From the NCBI GenBank assembly GCA_002376885.1, contig DFOW01000001.1, forward strand, positions 79,381-143,380: a DNA stretch of 64,000 nucleotides, in the 5' to 3' direction. Made by a program: the position numbers and the translations under genes. Under the pieces are notes generated by a model, which saw only the letters and a list, made by a program, of their open reading frames with translations, had not been told where the DNA came from and did not search any database. Source of the DNA: Patescibacteria group bacterium UBA3531 (GTDB lineage: Bacteria > Patescibacteriota > Minisyncoccia > Phycocordibacterales > UBA3531). Below are positions 19,279-30,965 of the stretch, piece by piece. Position 1 is the stretch's first letter; the number at the start of each line of letters is the position of its first letter.

Positions 19279-20496
19279 TTACAAAAAAGATTTTGCTCGT
19301 TTTTGCTTATGGTAAGCAATGGCGTAGCGGTGAGTGTCGGCATTGAGTGCCACAATATCATCTTTGTGTTTTGTGATGATTGACTTGAGACCCAATAATT
19401 TTGTAGCCTTGTGTCTAGCATCTTTTACCACGCCAACCACAGGAATTTTATAGTTGAGCTCTTCTAAAACATCTTTTGCCACGTTTACTTGTGCTGTTCC
19501 TCCATCTATCACAAGAATGTTTGGCTTTTGCCACTCGTCATGACGAAAACGTCTGTCCAACACCTCACGCAGGTTTCCCGTGTCGTCAATCCCTTTTCCA
19601 CTTTTTATTTTAAATTTTCTATATTCTTGTTTAGCTAAATTTCCTCCCTCCATAACAGCCATGACACCCACCACGTCACTCCCTGCCATGTGCGCAATGT
19701 CATAACTTTCAATACGAAGACCAATATTTGTTCTGTCATGAGTCCGTCCATCTTTTTTAAGGAGCGCGACATCGTGAATGTGTTCGAGTGAAAAAATTCG
19801 ATTTCGTATAATTGCCGCCTTCTCAAACTCTTTTTTAGAAACGTATCCCTTCATTTCTTGTTTTAAGTTTTTAAGAACCTCTTTCTTCTTACCAGTAAAA
19901 AAGAGACTGATATTTTTTACCAGTTCACTATATTCTTTTTTTGAAATCTCCCCCATGCATACTCCTGGACACAATCCAATTTGAGCATTAAAACAAGGTT
20001 TTTTTTGATCAACTTCGCATTTGTCTCGCCATGGAAAAATTTTGCGAACAATACGCATTGCTTCTTTTAATTCTCCCCCTCGTGTAAAAGGACCGAATGT
20101 TTTTTTGTATTGCTCATGTGATTCACGCAACTCTTTACCACGAACAAGAACAACTCGTGGATAATCCTCTTTGGTTATTGCCACATAGTTATAGCTTTTA
20201 TCGTCCTTTTCTTTGACGTTATATGGGGGTTTGAATTTTTTTATAAATTCGCTTTCAAGCAAAAGCGCCTCAAGTACAGAATCAGTTTTTACTACTTCTA
20301 CACTATCGGCCTCCTCTACCATCTGCACAATCCGGGGCCCACGACTCTCTACCACATCTTTATTAAAATAACTCTTTACACGATCAGAAAGACTGGTTGC
20401 CTTACCAACATAGAGTGGAGTTTTTACTCGCTTTTTTTTAAAGAGATAAATCCCCGGCTCAGCAGGTATTTTTTTAGATACATCTTTCTTTTTCAT
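19279..20496 (-). CDS. uvrC: Excinuclease ABC subunit C (compact, no C-terminal HhH)
   Basis: PGIYLF..LYVGKA, FEKAAIIRNRI UVR motif, RIESYDIAH, IDGG. Confidence 0.92.
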   Translation of the reverse strand: MKKKDVSKKIPAEPGIYLFKKKRVKTPLYVGKATSLSDRVKSYFNKDVVESRGPRIVQMVEEADSVEVVKTDSVLEALLLESEFIKKFKPPYNVKEKDDKSYNYVAITKEDYPRVVLVRGKELRESHEQYKKTFGPFTRGGELKEAMRIVRKIFPWRDKCEVDQKKPCFNAQIGLCPGVCMGEISKKEYSELVKNISLFFTGKKKEVLKNLKQEMKGYVSKKEFEKAAIIRNRIFSLEHIHDVALLKKDGRTHDRTNIGLRIESYDIAHMAGSDVVGVMAVMEGGNLAKQEYRKFKIKSGKGIDDTGNLREVLDRRFRHDEWQKPNILVIDGGTAQVNVAKDVLEELNYKIPVVGVVKDARHKATKLLGLKSIITKHKDDIVALNADTHRYAIAYHKQKRAKSFL

Positions 20497-20557
20497 AGAC
20501 CTATGATACTATACGCGAAGACTTGAGCTCACAACCCCTTACAAGAAGGAAGAAATC

Positions 20558-20953
20558 ATGAGCGAACCCGATGGAAAAGTTCAATTGCCACCCTCTCCAC
20601 CTCTCGACTTGCACCTGCTCATTAGCAGTGTGCTCATGCAGGAAGCGGAAGAACTCCTGGAGGAGCTCGGCATCGTAGAGAAGCTCGAACCCTTCATTGC
20701 GAGCGCCCTCGAGTCGATCGAACGATCTCGACAGGCAGAGATCGCAAATACCAGGGAGAAGCTCGGGCCGTTCTTCAAGATCGACACGGAAGTTCCGGAG
20801 CCGGTGCGGGGAGTTTCTCCTCCTCCTGCACACCTGCTCGAGAAGATGGGGGGACTTCGGAAGCCCGCCCTCGAGCGACTCGGCGAGCTTCTCGGTCGTG
20901 CACTCAAGCACAGGATCGATGCACGCTACCGAACGATCGGAAGCACTGCCTAG
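20558..20953 (+). CDS. GC-rich ORFan, 131 aa, cassette 4 (antisense between uvrA and uvrC)
   Basis: SD AAGGAAG; TGaTACTAT at 20504-20512; CTC/GAG/ATC codon bias. Confidence 0.7.
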   Translation: MSEPDGKVQLPPSPPLDLHLLISSVLMQEAEELLEELGIVEKLEPFIASALESIERSRQAEIANTREKLGPFFKIDTEVPEPVRGVSPPPAHLLEKMGGLRKPALERLGELLGRALKHRIDARYRTIGSTA

Positions 20954-20960
20954 AAGGGCT

Positions 20961-20986
20961 CACGGCCGGAGGAAACTCCGGCCGTG
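20961..20986 (+). terminator. GC hairpin with GAAA tetraloop after cassette 4
   Basis: CACGGCCGGAG-GAAA-CTCCGGCCGTG; weak U tract. Confidence 0.7.
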
Positions 20987-20988
20987 CT

Positions 20989-23541
20989 CTATTTAAGATA
21001 TTTCTTCAAATATTTCCCGGTAATAGATTTTGGATTGTTGGCAACTTCTTCTGGGGTCCCTTTTGCCACAAGCTTTCCACCATTAACTCCCCCTTCAGGG
21101 CCAAGATCAATTAAGTAGTCGGAACTCTTAATAATTTCCATATTGTGTTCGATCAAGACGACCGTGTTTCCCCGTTCAATTAATTTTTGCAAAATAGTAA
21201 GGAGGTTTTTTACATCTTCATAATGAAGCCCAATCGTTGGTTCATCAAGTAAGTACACAGTCTTTTCAGTAAACGGACGGTACAATTCTTTTGAGATTTT
21301 TACCCGTTGTGCTTCCCCACCAGAGAGCGTTGTAGCGCTCTGTCCTAATTCTAAATATCCAAGACCAACATCGTTCAAGGTTTTCAAACGATCATAAATT
21401 GCAGGGATTTCTTCAAAAAACGTCATTCCCTCTTCGATCGTCATGGTGAGCACTTCATAAATATTTTTATGTTTGTACTTAACTTCGAGCGTTTCTTTTT
21501 GGAAGCGCTTACCCATACAGACATCGCAGGTTACATAGACAGTCGGTAAAAATTGCATTTCAACTCCTACTTCTCCATTACCTTGGCAGGCTTCGCATCG
21601 TCCGCCTTTGACATTAAAGCTAAAACGTCCAGGACCCCATCCACGGAACCGCGCCTCTTCCGTCGTTGCAAACAAATCTCTAATATGACTCCATGCGCCA
21701 GTGTAGGTTGCTGGATTTGAACGAGGGGTTCTTCCAATAGGACTTTGATCAATCAAAATAGTTCGATGAGCATACTCTGTCCCGGTAAAGTTTTTACAAT
21801 TGAAAACTTCGTTGCTCCTAAACTTTCTGTCGAGTCGTGCACGCAAGTTTCTGTGTAAAATGTCGTACAAAAAACTTGATTTACCAGAACCGGACATTCC
21901 GGTAACGGTAACCATTCGCCCAAGAGGAACCTCCACATTGAGATTTTGAATATTGTGGATCTTGCCTCCGCTTACTTTAAGTGAACCCTTATTTTTGTTG
22001 CGTCTTTTTTCTGGAATCTCTACCTCTTCTTCTCCTCGTAAATACTTAAGGGTAAGCGAATTATTTTTTGGAGTTTTTGCCGTCAAAAGTTTTTCCGTGT
22101 AGTCGGCTACTACAATATCACCGCCATGCACTCCCGCACCAGGACCAATATCGACTAGATAGTCAGAAGCAAAAATAGTGTCTTCATCGTGCTCTACCAC
22201 CAAAATAGTATTGCCAAGCTCACGCAAATCTTTGAGCGTTTTAATAAGTCTGTCATTGTCTTTTTGATGGAGGCCAATCGTTGGTTCATCTAATACATAC
22301 AAGGCACCTACCAATCGTGAGCCTAGTTGCGATGCCAACCTAATACGCTGTGCCTCTCCACCAGAGAGGGTATTTGCTTTTCTATTTAACCCCAAGTAAT
22401 CAAGTCCGACATCAAACATAAACTTGAGCCGCGCCTCAATCTCTTTTGTTACTACGTTCGAAATTTCTTTTTCTTTTTTGGTAAGTTTGAGCTTTTCGAA
22501 AAACGTACGTCCATCTTTAATGGTAAGCCCCGTAACTTCAACAATATTTTTACCACCAATAAGAACGTTTAACGCCTCTTTACGTAATCGCGCACCATTA
22601 CATTCTTCACACACCTCGTTTCCAAAAAAGTGTTTTGTTCCGAGTCCGTGGCAAGCCTCACACGCACCATACGGTGAGTTGAATGAAAAGAGTCGTGGCT
22701 CAATCTCAATAAACGAGAATCCGTCTTTTGGACACGTATAACTTGAAGACATTAAAAATTCGTCCTTCTTTTTCCCTTCTTTGATAATTACTTTTACAAC
22801 ACCGTGCGCTTCTTCAAGCGCTCGTTCAATGTCCTCTGAAAGACGTTCGGTAAATGCTTTTTTATCCCTGTCTGACGACGAGGCAGGTTCAGTTTCTTCT
22901 TTGGTAAACTCATCTACTACAACTTCAATGTCATGTTTTTTTGTTTTGGTAAGGATGATCTGCTCTCGTAATTGCTTACGTTTTCCATCAACGATAACAT
23001 CGGCAAATCCTTTCCCTAAAAGATCATAAAGTAATTGATAGTGTTCACCCTTTCGTCCACGAACCACAGGAGCCGAAATAATGATTTTTGCTTTTTTGGT
23101 AGTTTTACCAATTTTTAGAAGTGTTAAGTTAATGATTTCTTCGTTTGAGAGTTTTTGGATTTCGTCACCACACACCAAACAATGGGGCTTGCCCACTCGG
23201 GCAAAAAGAACCCGTAAGTAATCGTAGATTTCGGTAATGGTTGCCACGGTTGATCGTGGATTGTTTGACCGAGACTTTTGATCGATAGAGATTGCAGGAG
23301 AAAGCCCACTAATTTCATCAATGTCTGGTTTTTGCATTTGTCGCAAAAATTGCCGCGCGTATGCCGAAAGCGACTCAACATAACGCCGTTGCCCTTCGGC
23401 AAAAATGGTATCAAATGCCAAACTCGATTTACCTGAACCTGAAAGTCCAGTAAACACAATCATCTTATTGCGCGGTATCTCAAGGCTGATATTTTTTAAA
23501 TTATGCGTTCGCGCTCCTTTTACTTTAATCTTATCTTCCAT
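20989..23541 (-). CDS. uvrA: Excinuclease ABC subunit A
   Basis: Two Walker A motifs (GxSGSGKSS), two LSGGEAQR signatures, zinc modules. Confidence 0.97.
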   Translation of the reverse strand: MEDKIKVKGARTHNLKNISLEIPRNKMIVFTGLSGSGKSSLAFDTIFAEGQRRYVESLSAYARQFLRQMQKPDIDEISGLSPAISIDQKSRSNNPRSTVATITEIYDYLRVLFARVGKPHCLVCGDEIQKLSNEEIINLTLLKIGKTTKKAKIIISAPVVRGRKGEHYQLLYDLLGKGFADVIVDGKRKQLREQIILTKTKKHDIEVVVDEFTKEETEPASSSDRDKKAFTERLSEDIERALEEAHGVVKVIIKEGKKKDEFLMSSSYTCPKDGFSFIEIEPRLFSFNSPYGACEACHGLGTKHFFGNEVCEECNGARLRKEALNVLIGGKNIVEVTGLTIKDGRTFFEKLKLTKKEKEISNVVTKEIEARLKFMFDVGLDYLGLNRKANTLSGGEAQRIRLASQLGSRLVGALYVLDEPTIGLHQKDNDRLIKTLKDLRELGNTILVVEHDEDTIFASDYLVDIGPGAGVHGGDIVVADYTEKLLTAKTPKNNSLTLKYLRGEEEVEIPEKRRNKNKGSLKVSGGKIHNIQNLNVEVPLGRMVTVTGMSGSGKSSFLYDILHRNLRARLDRKFRSNEVFNCKNFTGTEYAHRTILIDQSPIGRTPRSNPATYTGAWSHIRDLFATTEEARFRGWGPGRFSFNVKGGRCEACQGNGEVGVEMQFLPTVYVTCDVCMGKRFQKETLEVKYKHKNIYEVLTMTIEEGMTFFEEIPAIYDRLKTLNDVGLGYLELGQSATTLSGGEAQRVKISKELYRPFTEKTVYLLDEPTIGLHYEDVKNLLTILQKLIERGNTVVLIEHNMEIIKSSDYLIDLGPEGGVNGGKLVAKGTPEEVANNPKSITGKYLKKYLK

Positions 23542-23693
23542 ATTCCATTTTTAAGATTGCCTGTCCCGTAGCTTTTGTTAAAGACAGAGTGGTACCGGGA
23601 TGGGTCCGTGCTCCTTTTACGATAATTTCTTCTTCCATAATTAATTGACGAGGGTGTAATTTTGTGTTAAATATTTCTTCGGAGGTGCGTGCC

Positions 23694-23936
23694 ATGTCTT
23701 ATTCGGGTGTTTGCGAAGTTTGCGAGACATGGCGCCCAAGTGGTGTACATCGTTCTCGAAAAACAGGTAAGTTGGTCGGCAGGTGCTGCTACCGGAAGAG
23801 TCACACGGAAGTCTGTTCCATCTGCGAGAAGCTGAAGCCGGTGGCCAAGCGGACCGAAGATGGAAAGTCGGTGTGTCCCAACTGCTACCAACGAGAACGC
23901 CGTAAGAAAAAAAGGAGGGCAACAATGGGCGCCTAA
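23694..23936 (+). CDS. Small Cys-rich basic zinc-finger-like ORFan, 80 aa, cassette 5
   Basis: SD GGAGGT at 23681; TTGACG at 23645; CxxC...CCY / CxxC...CxxCY; terminator-like hairpin 23927-23963. Confidence 0.7.
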   Translation: MSYSGVCEVCETWRPSGVHRSRKTGKLVGRCCYRKSHTEVCSICEKLKPVAKRTEDGKSVCPNCYQRERRKKKRRATMGA

Positions 23937-24010
23937 TAACTTCATAAGAAGTTTTAGGCGCTCTGTTAATTTTCATATAATTTAAAATCATAGTCTGGAT
24001 ACCTACGTTG

Positions 24011-25036
24011 TTAAAAATTAGTGAGCGGAGTAAAGGCTGTCCGAGCAATATTTATATCCAAAATTCGGGCAAGTGATTCTAACTGTCCCAATTGAACAAA
24101 CGTTGAGACACCAAGCAAACAATTATCTTCGAGTAACACTACAATTCCACCGCTGTTACCCTTTTCAATCTTTGCTGAGGTAATAAAGTAATCGCTTTCA
24201 AAGCCAGAGATTATTCCATCAGTTGCCGTAATATCTCCTACCGAACCAATAACCGGATAGCCAATACTAATTACTTCATCTCCAATTGAGGGCCGTGCAC
24301 TACAAAATCGGCGCGTATCGGTTGCAACATTCCGTATATAGCTATCAGGTTGGACAATTTTTAAACGTCCTAAGTCAAAATTCCCCACCGTTCCTTCAAT
24401 GGCATTATCTTCTGATACGGCTACATAGGTCCCAGACCCATCAGGGAATTCAATCGTACAATCACGTGCAACAAAGTTCCCGCTCACTAATACATGACGA
24501 TTAGTAAGGACAGAATAGTTAGTGACTCCATTTTCATTAAACGCTACCAGCACCCCAGACCCTGTAGAGAATCCGCTATCAAACTGACACCGAATAAGCG
24601 GCGTGCGTGTTCTCCAATCGCTAATAATAGAAACAAGATCAATATTCCCCGACAAACTTGCCTCGAGTTCTGCAATCTTTTGTGCCGAAAGCCCCGCGCT
24701 ATTTTCTAACTCTTCTTCAAGTTCAGATGTTCTGGCTTGGGCATTTTCAAGCTCTTCTGTAAGCCCTGCAACCTTTTCGTTAATGATTCTTTGTGTTGAT
24801 TCTTCAGATGCACTCACCAGCTCCTCTACCCGAACCTCAAGAAGCGCAAGTTCTTGATTAGCCTCCTGGAGCGCTCTACTTTGATTATTAATAAGGCCAG
24901 AGATATGTTGAAATCCAAGGTATCCTAAAATCAATAAAACCACCAAAAAGATCCCTATGATGTGTCCATAGGGTTTGGTGTGATTTGTTTGTTTGTGTGT
25001 TTCAAAATCCATTCTGTAGTTCTCCTTGCCTAACAA
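24011..25036 (-). CDS. Membrane-anchored trypsin-like serine protease with coiled coil (start may be MDFE at 25012)
   Basis: GSG, LTNRHV, DLG, GNSGG catalytic triad motifs. Confidence 0.88.
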   Translation of the reverse strand: MLGKENYRMDFETHKQTNHTKPYGHIIGIFLVVLLILGYLGFQHISGLINNQSRALQEANQELALLEVRVEELVSASEESTQRIINEKVAGLTEELENAQARTSELEEELENSAGLSAQKIAELEASLSGNIDLVSIISDWRTRTPLIRCQFDSGFSTGSGVLVAFNENGVTNYSVLTNRHVLVSGNFVARDCTIEFPDGSGTYVAVSEDNAIEGTVGNFDLGRLKIVQPDSYIRNVATDTRRFCSARPSIGDEVISIGYPVIGSVGDITATDGIISGFESDYFITSAKIEKGNSGGIVVLLEDNCLLGVSTFVQLGQLESLARILDINIARTAFTPLTNF

Positions 25037-25093
25037 AACAGCCCCCGATTCCTTTCTACTGGGGGTATGGGACCATTATAGCACATCCATCAA

Positions 25094-28352
<3,259 letters not shown>

Positions 28353-28368
28353 CTAGCACATGAAATGA

Positions 28369-28398
28369 TTGACAAATCATACATGTATATGATACATT
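28369..28398 (+). promoter_or_regulatory. sigma70-type promoter
   Basis: TTGACA-18 nt-TACATT with TGn extension. Confidence 0.75.
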
Positions 28399-28400
28399 GG

Positions 28401-28592
28401 TGGTGCGAGTTCGGCAGAGACCACATTCCGCGAGGGATGCCGCCGTCTCTGTGGAGGAACAACATCGGGAATACCATCGCTTGATGGCTGAACCGTTGCC
28501 CCACCTACGACGTTGGTTCTAGACCCGGACCGCAGGAGCATAGCGTCCCAAACCTGAAATACGGTTTCGGATTGAAACAAGGCCTTGCGCCA
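28401..28592 (+). ncRNA. Structured ncRNA candidate, 6S (SsrS)-like rod
   Basis: 5'/3' ends pair; nested helices around an unpaired bubble; bounded by promoter and terminator; no SD-led ORF. Confidence 0.55.
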
Positions 28593-28606
28593 GAGCTAGT
28601 GCTTCG

Positions 28607-28653
28607 GGCCCCCAATCTGACTGCGGTCGGTGCGGGGGCCTTCTTCTTTTTTT
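28607..28653 (+). terminator. Intrinsic terminator
   Basis: GGCCCCC...GGGGGCC followed by TTCTTCTTTTTTT. Confidence 0.85.
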
Positions 28654-28684
28654 ACGTAAGGATTTACGTAAATCCTTACGTAAA
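28651..28684. repeat. Perfect 34-bp palindrome with three TTACGTAA units
   Basis: TTTACGTAAGGATTTAC|GTAAATCCTTACGTAAA. Confidence 0.9.
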
Positions 28685-28692
28685 CACATTCC

Positions 28693-28981
28693 CCCAAGAA
28701 ACCATATTTGGAAGCGTCCCTAAATAAAACCCTCTTGGAATAATATTTGAAGTACTATCAAACCTGCTTCCCAGCATAACTTTTGAAAGGGTCCTCGATT
28801 TTTTTAAAATACTCCCAAGGAACCACATTTGGGAGCGTCCCTAAATAAAACCCTCCTGGAATAATGTTTGAAGTGTTGCCGCAGGCGAAGTGTGCTTGGT
28901 CTGCCTTAAGCAGACACAAGCCGAGGATAAGGAAATGTTGTCGCTGGAACAACATTTCCGGCGCTTCAAATATTATTCCAA
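28693..28981. repeat. Direct + inverted repeat element
   Basis: ~61-bp direct repeat 28693-28753/28814-28874; 18-bp inverted copy 28964-28981; inner hairpin 28931-28959. Confidence 0.85.
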
Positions 28982-28987
28982 AAAAAC

Positions 28988-30943
28988 CTATTTCTCTAGC
29001 TCCGCCAGTTTCTCCAAGTAATCCAAGATCGTGTGAATATACTCTGCGTGGCTCCAGGTTAGTGGGGCAACAGATAATTGTTCCCCAGTATACGGATCAA
29101 ATTGTTCTGCCAAGATTCCAGAACGAGGCGCGCGCTTAAAAATCCAGTCTAATTTTTTTTCAACTTCTTTTAGATCTTTGACTGTTTTTGCTTTAGCAAT
29201 TTCGTATTGATACATCCACAACGTAGTAATAATCCACGGATTTGGAATCTCTGCACGTCTATGGTATTGATCTCCTTCATATCTAATTGCACCACCAATA
29301 TCACCCTCATGGATCACACAACAAGGACCCTCCTGAAGCTGTGCAAACCCTTCTTGGTTTTTTGGATCATCTACCGGCAATACCCCAAACCGAAACGGAC
29401 CATAAAAACTACTGATGTCGTGTGTTCTGTCATAGGTAGGTTCTTTTGTTCGGTAGTCAATAAGTTTATAGAAAAATTTCTCATCTTTATTATAAAGATG
29501 TTTTTTAATAGCTGACTTTACAGCACTTGCTCCGTCTTTATATTTTTTGGCATCGAGCTTTTTACCAAGTGTCTCTGCAAAATTTGATGCAGCCATAAGC
29601 CCCGCATACACTACTGATGAAGAGTATGCTGTTGTTCCAAATTTCTCTTCCCATAAGTCATAGCTTCCGTATGGTAAGCCTGTCTTTTCGTCTCGATAAA
29701 AGTAGAGGAAATCTGCAGCTTTTTTAATGAACGAATTATAAATCTTTTCTATAAACTCAAGATCTTTTCTTCTTTTATAGTGCTCCCATAGGGCATATAA
29801 AATAATTGCTGTTTCATCTTCTTGGATTGCTAACTGTTTTTTGCCTTCATATACCCATGGATGCCAACTACTTCCAAGCGATCCATCGGGGCTAAATTTA
29901 TGATTCAAATATCCTTCCTCACTTATTACTTGATTACAAAATTCATAGAAACGTTTGGTGGTATCAAAATACCCAAGACGATCAAAAGCAGTTGCTGTTA
30001 CCCCTGCATCTCGCGGCCACATATATGCATATGTATCGTGCCCATGATGAGAAATATCAGAGTCCCCTGATGCAATGATAGACCCTCGCTTATCAACATG
30101 CGTTTGCATAATAAGGAGTGATTTTTTAAAAAGCGAAACAAGCTTTGCATCAAGCCCATTAAAATCAAGATCAACTTTATTAACCCACGCATGCCAATAG
30201 TCTCGTGTTGTTTGAATAAGATGCTCGGGAGTTTTTATATGGATATAGTTATGTATCCCCTTTACCTCATGAATTGTATTGGATGACACAACCCAATAAT
30301 GGATTACTGATTCTCCGTCACCTTTTATTTCTGTTTCAAATGATATTGTTGAATCAACAGAACCATGTTGGATAGGATTATTTGAAAGGTTTCCATCTTC
30401 AGCATCCTTCCATGTTCCTTCTTTTCCTTGAGTTTGATAAAGGCCAATACCATATTCTTTAAATGGCTTTCCATCCATTTTCCCCGAAACCAAAAAATTT
30501 GTTTTATTACGGTAATGAATAATAGCAGTCAAATCTGGATCGTAATATGCAGTATGACCGCCGTCGTCTTCTCCTTGAAATTGCTGGTTGAAAAATATTT
30601 TAAATGAACGCGTACGTGGCATGGTATTTTTTACCGACACCTTCCGCAAAAAAATATTTTGCTCGTTATAGATTGCGTCACTAAAATTAAGCTCAATACC
30701 AAGAGCCTTGTGTCGTGCTCGAATAGAAGAAACCATGGTTTCTTTTTCGTAATCAATAACGGTCTCCCACCCTGGACCAGAAAGCCAACTCATGTTGCCA
30801 TCTACCCATACACCAATTTTGTGTTGTCGGCCTCCTGTATGGTTTTCTTGCCCAACATACGGATAGAAAAAATCACATACTTGCGCACAATTATCGTATG
30901 CAATTAACATTTCTCCATTACCCAATACTAAAGAGCGAGGCAT
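28988..30943 (-). CDS. Glycoside hydrolase family 15 (glucoamylase-like)
   Basis: YAYMWPRD, QEDET, DLWEE, LAEQ, PLTWSHA. Confidence 0.9.
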   Translation of the reverse strand: MPRSLVLGNGEMLIAYDNCAQVCDFFYPYVGQENHTGGRQHKIGVWVDGNMSWLSGPGWETVIDYEKETMVSSIRARHKALGIELNFSDAIYNEQNIFLRKVSVKNTMPRTRSFKIFFNQQFQGEDDGGHTAYYDPDLTAIIHYRNKTNFLVSGKMDGKPFKEYGIGLYQTQGKEGTWKDAEDGNLSNNPIQHGSVDSTISFETEIKGDGESVIHYWVVSSNTIHEVKGIHNYIHIKTPEHLIQTTRDYWHAWVNKVDLDFNGLDAKLVSLFKKSLLIMQTHVDKRGSIIASGDSDISHHGHDTYAYMWPRDAGVTATAFDRLGYFDTTKRFYEFCNQVISEEGYLNHKFSPDGSLGSSWHPWVYEGKKQLAIQEDETAIILYALWEHYKRRKDLEFIEKIYNSFIKKAADFLYFYRDEKTGLPYGSYDLWEEKFGTTAYSSSVVYAGLMAASNFAETLGKKLDAKKYKDGASAVKSAIKKHLYNKDEKFFYKLIDYRTKEPTYDRTHDISSFYGPFRFGVLPVDDPKNQEGFAQLQEGPCCVIHEGDIGGAIRYEGDQYHRRAEIPNPWIITTLWMYQYEIAKAKTVKDLKEVEKKLDWIFKRAPRSGILAEQFDPYTGEQLSVAPLTWSHAEYIHTILDYLEKLAELEK

Positions 30944-30965
30944 AGTGTTTTAATTGTAACGTAGA

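Noticed and set aside
23559-23612. Weak inverted repeat upstream of uvrA as a riboswitch or SOS box
   Set aside because: Pairing is short and imperfect and matches no consensus I recognise; may be a degenerate REP-like sequence
28401-28592. RNase P RNA, tmRNA or SRP RNA identity for the structured RNA
   Set aside because: Lacks the GAGGAAAGUCC P4 motif, tRNA-like ends with a tag ORF, and the SRP helix-8 signature
28693-28874. Direct repeats as a CRISPR array
   Set aside because: Only two ~61-bp imperfect copies; no cas genes in the window
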